In this document: piece after piece, positions 10,065 through 18,753 of the stretch
Layout: each line of letters opens with the position of its first letter
How positions within the stretch are numbered: position 1 is the stretch's first letter
Assembly: GCA_000402755.1 (NCBI GenBank)
Contig: AQSD01000003.1
Location: 1,263-65,262, forward strand
DNA: 64,000 nucleotides
Source: Fidelibacterota bacterium SCGC AAA160-B08
GTDB taxonomy: Bacteria > Fidelibacterota > Marinisomatia > Marinisomatales > Marinisomataceae
Direction of reading: 5' to 3'
Position numbers and translations under genes: made by a program
The notes under the pieces: generated by a model
The model's database searches: none
What the model was told of the DNA's origin: nothing
The model's input: the letters and a program-made list of their open reading frames with translations, nothing else

Positions 10065-11142
10065 GCATATGCTCCATGATTGTAGTATCTATGATATTGA
10101 TTGAATCTGGATTATTTATTTTCTCAATATTTTCTTTCATTGACTTATATATTCTATCATTTTCACAAATTTCATTGATCTTATTTGATAATAACGACGT
10201 AGATATATCTTTTTCTTGAATTAATAGTGATGCAAAATTTTCTTCTAAATATTTAGCATTAAAAACTTGATGGTTCTCTGCTGAGAACTTGAAAGGTATA
10301 AGGATTGAAGGTTTTTTAAACTCTAATATTTCAGATACTGTCATAGCACCAGATCTTGAAACTATTAAATCGCATAAACTGTATAAATATGGCATATTAT
10401 CAACGAAAGAAAGGACTTTAATTGATTCAGTATTATAATGCTTATATTTTTCATAATTATTAATACCTACAATCCAAAGAATGTTAATTTTATCTAACAT
10501 TTTTTTATCAATAGATTCTGAAATAATCTTATTTAAAAATACTGAACCTTGACTTCCGCCGAGTACCAATAAAGTTTTTTTATCACTATCTAAAGATAGA
10601 GACATATCTTTACGATTATGATTATAAATGGGATTCCCTGTAAATAGAGTATCGCTAGTTTTTAAATAGTTTTTTGCATTCTCAAAACCAAGAAATACTT
10701 TTTTTGCACTGGATCCAAATATTCTAGTGACCAATCCTGGAAATGAATTTTGTTCATGTAAAAAATATGGCACTCTAAATATTTTAGCTATCTGAAGAGG
10801 TATAAATGAGGCATATCCACCTGTTGCAATTACTAAATTTGGTTTATTTCTTGCAAAGAAAAGACTCACTCTAATTAAACCAAAAAATAATTGAAATAAT
10901 AATAAGAAATTTCTTGATATTGCATACAATGAAAAAGATCTATTAAAACCTTTGATTGGGATGAGAAGACTCTGAATATTTTCTGAATAAATTTTCTTAG
11001 ACTCAATTCCATATTTTGATCCAATATAGTATAAATTTTTATTCTCTACTTTTTTTTCAAGTTCATTCTTGATAGCCATTAATGGATAATAATGCCCTCC
11101 AGTTCCTCCTCCACAAAAGATAATTCTATATTTATCCATCAA
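10054..11142 (-). CDS. murG: Undecaprenyl-PP-MurNAc-pentapeptide GlcNAc transferase
   Basis: GGGTGGH, TGGY, HEQN, GGSQG, SRSGA. Confidence 0.96.
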   Translation of the reverse strand: MMDKYRIIFCGGGTGGHYYPLMAIKNELEKKVENKNLYYIGSKYGIESKKIYSENIQSLLIPIKGFNRSFSLYAISRNFLLLFQLFFGLIRVSLFFARNKPNLVIATGGYASFIPLQIAKIFRVPYFLHEQNSFPGLVTRIFGSSAKKVFLGFENAKNYLKTSDTLFTGNPIYNHNRKDMSLSLDSDKKTLLVLGGSQGSVFLNKIISESIDKKMLDKINILWIVGINNYEKYKHYNTESIKVLSFVDNMPYLYSLCDLIVSRSGAMTVSEILEFKKPSILIPFKFSAENHQVFNAKYLEENFASLLIQEKDISTSLLSNKINEICENDRIYKSMKENIEKINNPDSINIIDTTIMEHMHVI

Positions 11143-12265
11143 CTCGGAGTCTCCATTTTTTAACTTTAAATTTTCTCTGTGCTTTACTGATATTTAATAG
11201 AATTGCCACCATTAATAGATTGATAATCAATGAAGAGCCTCCATAACTAACAAACGGCAGTGGAACACCTGTAACCGGTATAATCCCAATGACTACTCCA
11301 ATATTTATTAATGCATAGAATGTGATACTTAATCCGAAGCCAATAGAGAGAATAATACCAAAAATATCATTTGATTTTTTAGAAATTTGAATAGCTCTAA
11401 ATAAAATTATTCCGTAAGCCATCATTACTATAAAACCTGCTATAAAACCTAACTCTTCCCCAATAATAGCAAAAATAAAATCAGTATGAGTCTCTGGTAA
11501 ATAAGAATGTTTTTGTATGCTTTCGCCAATACCCATCCCTGAAATACCTCCCTGTCTCAATCCAATCAATGCTTGACTAGACTGATATCCTACACTAGCT
11601 GAGGAGCTAGGATCAAGAAATGATAGTATTCTACCTAATGCATAATTTTTACTATTTAGTATAAAAATTCCAATTGCTCCTACAGATAATACACCTACAG
11701 TACCTATTTGTGGCAATGATACACCACCAATAAAGAGCAGGGTAAATACAATAGTCAGCAAAATTAGAGTGGTAGAGTTATCAGGCTGAATAATAATCAT
11801 TAAGCAAATAGGTAAAATCCAACATAATGGTATTAGGATTCCCTTAACAAATTGATTCATATATTTATAATTTCTATCTATATAGTCAGCTAAAAATAAG
11901 ATTACCGAAAATCTTGCTAAATCAGATGTCTGAAAAGAAATTGGTCCAATAGATAGCCACCTACAAGAGTCTCCATTACATCCTTGGACTTGAGTATATA
12001 TTAACAGCAAAAATGATCCTACCATTAAAACAGGGGATAAATATTGTAGTTTTCTATAGTTGAAATGAGATGCAACAAAAAATACAAATAAACCTGGAAT
12101 GAATTTAAATAATTGATTCTTTAAAAAATACATACGTGAAGCTCCATCAGTTACTTCGAGGGATTTTATCCAACTAGCACTAAATAAAATTGATAAACCA
12201 AAAATAACTAACACTATCACCGTACCTAACAACCATCTATCTTGTTTTCTTTCTTTAATATTCAT
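11132..12265 (-). CDS. ftsW: SEDS peptidoglycan glycosyltransferase FtsW
   Basis: Polytopic membrane protein; RWL, FQTSDLAR, LPETHTDFIF, LPFVSYGGSS. Confidence 0.95.
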   Translation of the reverse strand: MNIKERKQDRWLLGTVIVLVIFGLSILFSASWIKSLEVTDGASRMYFLKNQLFKFIPGLFVFFVASHFNYRKLQYLSPVLMVGSFLLLIYTQVQGCNGDSCRWLSIGPISFQTSDLARFSVILFLADYIDRNYKYMNQFVKGILIPLCWILPICLMIIIQPDNSTTLILLTIVFTLLFIGGVSLPQIGTVGVLSVGAIGIFILNSKNYALGRILSFLDPSSSASVGYQSSQALIGLRQGGISGMGIGESIQKHSYLPETHTDFIFAIIGEELGFIAGFIVMMAYGIILFRAIQISKKSNDIFGIILSIGFGLSITFYALINIGVVIGIIPVTGVPLPFVSYGGSSLIINLLMVAILLNISKAQRKFKVKKWRLRVDG

Positions 12266-13605
12266 GAATAATGCCTTTCTACTATACTTTTAAAAAAATT
12301 GCCTCTTTCTTCAAAATTTTTAAATTGATCGTAACTAGAACATCCAGGAGACATCAATACAGAATCTCCTTTTACTGCTAAATTAATTGCAGAATTAATT
12401 GCTTCTTCAAATTTCTCAACCTTTACTACTTTACATGATTCAGACAATGAATTATAGATATCATTAGATGCTTTTCCATAAGCAATTATAGATTTTATAG
12501 ATTGAGAGCACTCTATAATCGCTGAAAAATCTGATTCCTTGGGAAGTCCTCCCATTATTAATACAATATTTTTATCTATAGAATCAATGGCGACTTTAAC
12601 TGAAGCGATATTTGTTGCTTTAGAATCGTTGATAAACTTCACGCCATCAACTTCTTTAAATGTTTCAAATCTATGTTCTAAGCCTTTGAATATTTTTAAT
12701 GATTCAAAGATATCCCTATCATCTAATCCTAGATGTGAAGCAATAGTAGCAATGCCTATAAAATTAGATACATTATGAATTCCTGATAATTTACAATCAT
12801 CTATATGTAGATTTTTTTTGCTATGAACAGATTCTATACATCCATCTTCTAAATAAAATATGCTAAAATTCTTATCTAAGGAGTACGCTGTAAAGACCCT
12901 ATCTCTTTTCTCTACTTCTTCACATAGGACAGGATCGTCATGATTATAAATTATTAAATCATTATCTTTCATATTTTTAAAAAGATTCATCTTTGATTTA
13001 GAGTAATCAATAAAATCTGCATATCTATCCAAATGATCTCTCGAAATATTTAAAATCATTGCTATTTCAGGTTTAAATGTATCAATATCATCAATCTGAA
13101 AACTTGATAACTCTAATATGCAAAAATCAGTATTTGATGTCTTATACTTATTTTCTTTATAAACAATTTCTGAGAATGGAGTACCAATATTTCCACTTTT
13201 TACAACGTTAAATTTTTTCTTTAAAACTTCATATAGACATGTCACTGTGGTAGTTTTTCCATTTGTACCTGTTATAGCAATAATTTTTAGATCTGATAAC
13301 CTATAGGCAAACTCAATTTCGCTTATAATCTCTGTTTTACTATCTAATATGCTTTGAATTATTTCTATATCACTTGGAATTCCAGGAGATTTTATAATCA
13401 ATTCAGAGTTAAGAATTTTTCTAGAGTGAACACCTAATTCAATATCAACTCCCATGTCTGTCAATTCTTTTATGTATAAATCATTCACATCTGACTTACT
13501 ATCTGATACAAAAACATTAGCACCAAGAGAACTAGCTAACTTTGCAGCGGAATAACCGCTAACACCCAATCCTAAAATACCGATATTTTTATTACTCAAA
13601 TTCAT
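12262..13605 (-). CDS. murD: UDP-MurNAc-L-Ala--D-glutamate ligase
   Basis: GLGVSG, KSPGI, ITGTNGKTTT, ELSSFQ, NDSKATN, SPGCSSYDQF; start moved to ATG 13605 (ATGA overlap with ftsI stop). Confidence 0.96.
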   Translation of the reverse strand: MNLSNKNIGILGLGVSGYSAAKLASSLGANVFVSDSKSDVNDLYIKELTDMGVDIELGVHSRKILNSELIIKSPGIPSDIEIIQSILDSKTEIISEIEFAYRLSDLKIIAITGTNGKTTTVTCLYEVLKKKFNVVKSGNIGTPFSEIVYKENKYKTSNTDFCILELSSFQIDDIDTFKPEIAMILNISRDHLDRYADFIDYSKSKMNLFKNMKDNDLIIYNHDDPVLCEEVEKRDRVFTAYSLDKNFSIFYLEDGCIESVHSKKNLHIDDCKLSGIHNVSNFIGIATIASHLGLDDRDIFESLKIFKGLEHRFETFKEVDGVKFINDSKATNIASVKVAIDSIDKNIVLIMGGLPKESDFSAIIECSQSIKSIIAYGKASNDIYNSLSESCKVVKVEKFEEAINSAINLAVKGDSVLMSPGCSSYDQFKNFEERGNFFKSIVERHYS

Positions 13606-15530
13606 GATTCTATCTCTGCTTTTAGTATACATATAGAGTTTTTAGGTATTTCTTTTCCGCCTGGTACAGATTGAAAAATTATTACTCCATTACCCGTTAA
13701 TTGGGCCTTGATACCTGTTTTATTTAAAATTGAGTATGCTTCCATAACGCTTTTACCATATAAATTTGGCATTTCTACCATTTGAATATCTTTAGATTTT
13801 TTAACATTTTTTTGAATCAAAATTGGATCAGATTTTTTAGGCTTGGCGGCCTTTTTAGATTTATTATTGGTTATTTCTGAATCAATATTGATAATTCTTT
13901 TCATTACCGACTTAAATACAGGTGCTGCTGACATAGAACCCCAATGATAATTTCTAGAAACTGATGCCCCATCAATCATGATTAATGCTAATAATTGAGG
14001 ATTTTCTTTTGGAAAAAATCCTACAAAACTAGATAAGAATTCTGATTCTGAATATTGACCATCCACAATTTTTTTAGATGTCCCTGTTTTTCCAGATACA
14101 TCCCACCCAGATAGTCGAGCTTTTTTTCCACTTCCATTTTCAACTGTATGTAACAACATGTCCTTTAATATTTCTGCATCTGACTGAGAAAGGATTCTTT
14201 TTTTAGATCTCTTTTCATTTTTTAAAATTGTATTATCACTTTTTTTAACTTCGTTAATCATGTATGGTTTCAATAAAAAACCTCCATTTGCGATTGCAGC
14301 ATATGCCATAGCAATCTGTATTGGAGTAGCAGAAACTTCATATCCCAAAGGAATACTATGCATTGAAGATTTGCTCCATTTTTTAGTTTCATAAACTATA
14401 CCACTTGCTTCGCTCATCGGATTTAAACCAGTTTTAGATCCAAAACCAAATTCTTTGGCTTGATTATAAATTTTATTTTGACCCAAAGACTCAGCAATCT
14501 TTATTGTGCCTATATTGCTTGAATAAGCTAAAATTTCCTTAACAGTGAGTACGGAATGCGGTTCAGAGTCTTCAATCATTTTTATATCATGAAAATTATA
14601 TGGGCCTTCGACATTGTACTCATCCATTGGATCTATATCACTCTTAAGAGCTGCTGCAATAGTAACTATCTTAAAAGTTGATCCGGGCTCTACCATATCT
14701 AGAATTAGTCTATTTTTTTGATATTCCAATTCAAAGTCTTCTGGATTATTAGGGTTAAAATCAGGAACGCTAACCATAGATACTATTTCTCCTGTCTGAG
14801 GATTTAATATTATTCCCATAGCGGAGGATGCTTCAGTTTTTTCTATTTGATCAATCAATTCTTCTCTTAAAATTGCTTGATATTCTTTATTAATAGTTAA
14901 ATAAATATCTGATCCATCTTCAGGCGCTTCATATGCTAGCGTAGGATCAGCAATACGTTTACCAAATCCATTTCTTTTAAAAACTCTTGATCCCGCTTCA
15001 GGCTCTAAGTGCTTATTATATTGAAGTTCTAGACCAGAAATTCCTACATCATCTACATTGGTAAATCCAACAATTTGACCAAATAAGTTTTCTTCAGGAT
15101 AATATCTTTTATAATCTTGATTTATGACAAGTGCATCACCATATTTTGAATTCAATTTTTGACAATTCTGTATTGTCTTTTTTTCTAATTGTATATAGGA
15201 TTTTTCGTTATTGAATTTAGAAAAATAAATACCTACATCAGTACCCGTACAATCAGATAGATCTCTTAAGAAAATATCTTTATTACTTATTTTTCTTGGA
15301 TGTACTCCGATATTATAAAAAGTTAAATTCTGAGTAATATTATTTCCTTTCACATCAAAGATATTACCTCTTTTACCCTTAATCATCTCCACTTTCATTC
15401 CCTGTGGATTATCAACTCTATCTATGATTTGAATTGTAAATAATCTGTACACAAAAACAGCCCAAACAAACATAAGAATAGTACTTACAAATCGTATTCT
15501 ATTTTTAAATTTTAGATAATTTTTAGTCAT
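13602..15530 (-). CDS. ftsI: Class B penicillin-binding protein FtsI with C-terminal PASTA domain
   Basis: KRGNIFD, EPGSTFK (SxxK), SSN, KTGT motifs; PASTA-like tail. Confidence 0.93.
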   Translation of the reverse strand: MTKNYLKFKNRIRFVSTILMFVWAVFVYRLFTIQIIDRVDNPQGMKVEMIKGKRGNIFDVKGNNITQNLTFYNIGVHPRKISNKDIFLRDLSDCTGTDVGIYFSKFNNEKSYIQLEKKTIQNCQKLNSKYGDALVINQDYKRYYPEENLFGQIVGFTNVDDVGISGLELQYNKHLEPEAGSRVFKRNGFGKRIADPTLAYEAPEDGSDIYLTINKEYQAILREELIDQIEKTEASSAMGIILNPQTGEIVSMVSVPDFNPNNPEDFELEYQKNRLILDMVEPGSTFKIVTIAAALKSDIDPMDEYNVEGPYNFHDIKMIEDSEPHSVLTVKEILAYSSNIGTIKIAESLGQNKIYNQAKEFGFGSKTGLNPMSEASGIVYETKKWSKSSMHSIPLGYEVSATPIQIAMAYAAIANGGFLLKPYMINEVKKSDNTILKNEKRSKKRILSQSDAEILKDMLLHTVENGSGKKARLSGWDVSGKTGTSKKIVDGQYSESEFLSSFVGFFPKENPQLLALIMIDGASVSRNYHWGSMSAAPVFKSVMKRIINIDSEITNNKSKKAAKPKKSDPILIQKNVKKSKDIQMVEMPNLYGKSVMEAYSILNKTGIKAQLTGNGVIIFQSVPGGKEIPKNSICILKAEIES

Positions 15531-15831
15531 TGCTTATTTTCACGATAAGTGTCTCTGGCTTGCTTGCTATTAATCCAATTTTCTTTGCTTTTTTCGAAAT
15601 AATATCTGCTCTTTTCATCTTCTCAACAGAATTAATTTTTAATGTAAGATTTTCATCTAACTGAGCTAATGTTTTTTGATTAAAATCAATACTAGCTTGA
15701 GTTTTATCTATCTCTATAAAAGCGGCTAAATACAAAGAAATCGTTCCTACCGTCAACACAAACATTAGAGTCCATTTTATATTTTCTCTTTTTTGAATTT
15801 GTGCTTTTGTTAGTCTTTTCTTTCTAACCAA
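15523..15831 (-). CDS. ftsL: FtsL-like bitopic coiled-coil protein
   Basis: Basic N-terminus, one TM, coiled coil; located between rsmH and ftsI. Confidence 0.65.
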   Translation of the reverse strand: MVRKKRLTKAQIQKRENIKWTLMFVLTVGTISLYLAAFIEIDKTQASIDFNQKTLAQLDENLTLKINSVEKMKRADIISKKAKKIGLIASKPETLIVKISND

Positions 15832-16714
15832 TTTTTTCTCCTACTCTCATTTTTGCACTTCGAGATCTTTTATTGTCAAATATTTCTTCATCCGTAGGTG
15901 TAAAAGGTTTCTTTGATAGAACTTGTAGCTCTTTATTTAATTTCAAATCTTTGAATTTATGTTTGACCATTCGATCTTCCATTGAATGATAGCTGATAAT
16001 TACAATCCTGCCTCCAGGATTAAGAAAATTCATAAAATCATTTAAAAATGACTCTAAATGATCCAACTCATTATTTGTTTTTATTCTAAGTGCTTGAAAA
16101 ATTCGTGAATATGTTTTGATGCGATATTTATAAGCTGTTTTTCTACTGATAATACTCACAAGTGTATCAGCATTTATTTCTTCATTCGACTCTTTGATTG
16201 CTCTGGCAATTCTAAATGAATTCCTTTCTTCTCCAAATTCATTAAAGATATTAGTCAGATCTCTTACCGATGAATTTTCGATAATTTCTTGAGCTGTCAA
16301 GCTATCATCCTTATCATCAAATCTCATATCTAAAGATGAATTATATCGATGAGAAAACCCTCTTTGATTATCTTCTAACTGAAAAGAAGAAAGCCCTAGA
16401 TCTAAAAGAATTCCATCTACTCCATCAATATTAAGCCTATCGCAAGTTTCTTCTAAATTAGTATAACTAGAGTGTATTAATTCAAAATTATCGAATGAGG
16501 CTAATCTTTTATTTGCAATCTTGATTGAATTTGAATCTCTATCAAAACCTATAAGAAATCCTTTTTTTATTTCTTGAAGAATTTCAATTGAATGACCTCC
16601 AAGACCTACGGTACCATCAACATAAAATCCATTTTCTTTAATATTTAAATTATCAATTGATTCCGTCAGCATAACTGGATAATGGCTATAGCTCTCCGAC
16701 AGAATTGAGGTCAT
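15824..16714 (-). CDS. rsmH: 16S rRNA m4C1402 methyltransferase
   Basis: HYPVM, DGTVGLGGHS, DLGLSSFQ, FQALRI, ISYHSMEDR, RSRSAKMR. Confidence 0.97.
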   Translation of the reverse strand: MTSILSESYSHYPVMLTESIDNLNIKENGFYVDGTVGLGGHSIEILQEIKKGFLIGFDRDSNSIKIANKRLASFDNFELIHSSYTNLEETCDRLNIDGVDGILLDLGLSSFQLEDNQRGFSHRYNSSLDMRFDDKDDSLTAQEIIENSSVRDLTNIFNEFGEERNSFRIARAIKESNEEINADTLVSIISRKTAYKYRIKTYSRIFQALRIKTNNELDHLESFLNDFMNFLNPGGRIVIISYHSMEDRMVKHKFKDLKLNKELQVLSKKPFTPTDEEIFDNKRSRSAKMRVGEKIG

Positions 16715-17172
16715 CAGATATTGACCCTCCTAGAAAGATCTTCATAGGATTCTTCATCAATACTTTGTTCGGAATCTACCACTTCTAATGTAGCGTTATC
16801 CCATATCTCAATTTTATTTAAAACGCCTATAATGGTAATATTCTTTAAAATATTTGCATGCTCAATTAAATTTTTTGTTAGTATCAGTCTACCCTGATCA
16901 TCTGAGGATACTATTTTAGCATGCCTTAAATGATTTCTTAAAAAAGTACGGTTTACCTTGGACAGAGAGGATAATTGACTTAATTCTTTTTCAATTTTTT
17001 CCCATTCACCTAAAGGATATATCCAGATACAAGAATCAATTCCTCTCGTTATAACAAATCTATTTTTATCCGACTTATCGAGCTGTTTGCGAAATATTGA
17101 TGGAATATTGATTCGATTTTTTGAATCAATAACAAAATCATATTGTCCTGTAAATGTATATTGGCTACGCAT
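16714..17172 (-). CDS. mraZ: Division/cell wall cluster transcriptional repressor MraZ
   Basis: FTGQY, DSKNRINIP, DDQGRLIL, EIWD; head of the dcw cluster. Confidence 0.95.
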   Translation of the reverse strand: MRSQYTFTGQYDFVIDSKNRINIPSIFRKQLDKSDKNRFVITRGIDSCIWIYPLGEWEKIEKELSQLSSLSKVNRTFLRNHLRHAKIVSSDDQGRLILTKNLIEHANILKNITIIGVLNKIEIWDNATLEVVDSEQSIDEESYEDLSRRVNI

Positions 17173-17198
17173 AATAAACGGGAATTAAGGGAATTTGA

Positions 17199-17213
17199 CC
17201 CACAATTCACCAC
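17199..17213 (-). promoter_or_regulatory. Putative MraZ boxes (GTGGT/GTGGG, 10-nt period)
   Basis: Minus strand aa-gtggt-gaatt-gtggg between the predicted -10 and the mraZ start; matches the established GTGG/TGGGN repeat architecture. Confidence 0.6.
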
Positions 17214-17215
17214 TT

Positions 17216-17245
17216 ATCTTACTATACATGCATCATCTATGTCAA
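17216..17245 (-). promoter_or_regulatory. Putative sigma70-type dcw promoter TTGACA-N18-TAAGAT
   Basis: Perfect -35 at 17240-17245 and TAAGAT at 17216-17221, immediately upstream of the MraZ boxes. Confidence 0.55.
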
Positions 17246-17313
17246 TAAATTTGTTATAAATTTGGATAAAAAAATGACTAAAAAAGATTAAATGATAGAT
17301 CTATAAGTTAAAA

Positions 17314-18135
17314 CTATCTATTTTTTGGTATATACTTTGTGATAGAGACTGATAAAGGGTCTGCTATAAGATCTATTTTTATGGGAAAATCATTAACTAT
17401 ACTTTTAGATAAATCAGTAAAAGTATTTTCAGAAAAAAATACTAATTCAAAATTAACTGTATTTGCTATTAAGAAGGTTTTTTCTTCTCCATTCCATATT
17501 TCAGAAAAAGAATTAGACTGATTAATGCTTGTATCGTCAAATATAAAGTACTCTTTTGCAGATGTACTATCTGAGTATTCAATATAATTTTCATTATTTG
17601 ATTGAAATCGAATGGTTATTGGAAAAGAAAAAGTTTCTTCGCTTAAAATCTCTTCACTTCTTATGGCATATATTTGCTCTAAGCTAGATTTAGATATTCT
17701 AAGCTCATTCTCTTTATCGACATTAGAAATGTCCGATGAATTATTGAGTACAAAACTTAATACAACTAAGATAAAAAATATCGCTGATCCAATCAAAATA
17801 TTTGGATTAAATATATTGTCTGTCTTTATGATATCAACAAATGTTAAACTTTTATCATCATCTTTTACTTTCTTTTTTCTAGTCCTTGGCTTACGATCAG
17901 ATTTTTTTTGATTAAGAAAATTATTTAACTCTTCAACCCCTTCATCAATATCTACGCCAATTTCTTTAAGATAAGCTTTAAAAAATAGCCTTACATAAAC
18001 GTTAGAAATTTCAGAAAATTTACCCGCTTCAATAGCCTTAAGGCTGACAATATCTATTTTAGTTCTACGCTGGATATCTTCCAGAGAGATTTTATTTTCT
18101 AATCTAAATTTTTTATATCTTGAATAGAAAATCAT
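17314..18135 (-). CDS. RodZ-like helix-turn-helix membrane protein
   Basis: N-terminal XRE-type HTH (ISLEDIQRRTKI...YVRLFFKAY), one TM, divergent periplasmic tail. Confidence 0.7.
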   Translation of the reverse strand: MIFYSRYKKFRLENKISLEDIQRRTKIDIVSLKAIEAGKFSEISNVYVRLFFKAYLKEIGVDIDEGVEELNNFLNQKKSDRKPRTRKKKVKDDDKSLTFVDIIKTDNIFNPNILIGSAIFFILVVLSFVLNNSSDISNVDKENELRISKSSLEQIYAIRSEEILSEETFSFPITIRFQSNNENYIEYSDSTSAKEYFIFDDTSINQSNSFSEIWNGEEKTFLIANTVNFELVFFSENTFTDLSKSIVNDFPIKIDLIADPLSVSITKYIPKNR

Positions 18136-18698
18136 AGGCTGTCTAATATTTTTTTTATCTTACTCATTTCGAATTTCTTCAAGGGAAAACCTACAATATT
18201 ATTGTAACATCCGTCAATATGTTTAATTAAAATATTTTCAGCATCTTCAATATTATAAGCACCAGCTTTATCTAAAACATCAAAAGACTCAATATAGTTT
18301 TCTATAGTAGATTTTGATAATTTTTTAAATGTAACGTCAGTTTTATCAAAAATACTCGTAACCTTTCCTTCAAAAAAAAGACTTAATCCGCTAATAACAG
18401 AATGAGTTTCATTGGATAGCTTATCAATAATCGTAAAAGCCTCACTATGCGAAGATGGCTTTCCTATAATCTGATTATTAAAATCAACAATAGTATCGCC
18501 CGCTAACACACAACTTTCTTTATGGTTCCTCCATATATGAGATGCCTTCCTCTGGGATATATTCAAAACGTAATCAATTGGTTTTAAATTATTGACATTA
18601 GACTCATCTATATCTGGTGATATGCATTGAAAATCATAACCTAATTCTCTTAGAATTCTCTTTCGTCTTGGAGAACTTGATGCTAATATTAGGCTCAT
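18132..18698 (-). CDS. maf: Maf family nucleotide pyrophosphatase (YhdE-like)
   Basis: LILASSSPRR, AGDTIV, IGKP, KAGAY. Confidence 0.93.
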   Translation of the reverse strand: MSLILASSSPRRKRILRELGYDFQCISPDIDESNVNNLKPIDYVLNISQRKASHIWRNHKESCVLAGDTIVDFNNQIIGKPSSHSEAFTIIDKLSNETHSVISGLSLFFEGKVTSIFDKTDVTFKKLSKSTIENYIESFDVLDKAGAYNIEDAENILIKHIDGCYNNIVGFPLKKFEMSKIKKILDSL

Positions 18699-18753
18699 TG
18701 TTTTAGTTATTTTTTTTGTAATTAAATTTAAATAATTTAGGGAGGATAAAATA

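Noticed and set aside
13602-13632. ORF-track upstream extensions (murD 13632, sucC 25351, dusB 22753, HMUDK-like 36677, AGCS 35591)
   Set aside because: Extensions overlap neighbouring genes or lack homology-like content; downstream ATGs give typical N-termini
17246-17264. Two TAAATTTG boxes on the plus strand as promoters
   Set aside because: No plus-strand gene downstream and no TTTG at the -33 spacing; noted only as a direct repeat
17295-17304. Perfect 10-bp palindrome ATAGATCTAT between rodZ-like and mraZ
   Set aside because: Single short AT-rich palindrome with no second copy or known operator match
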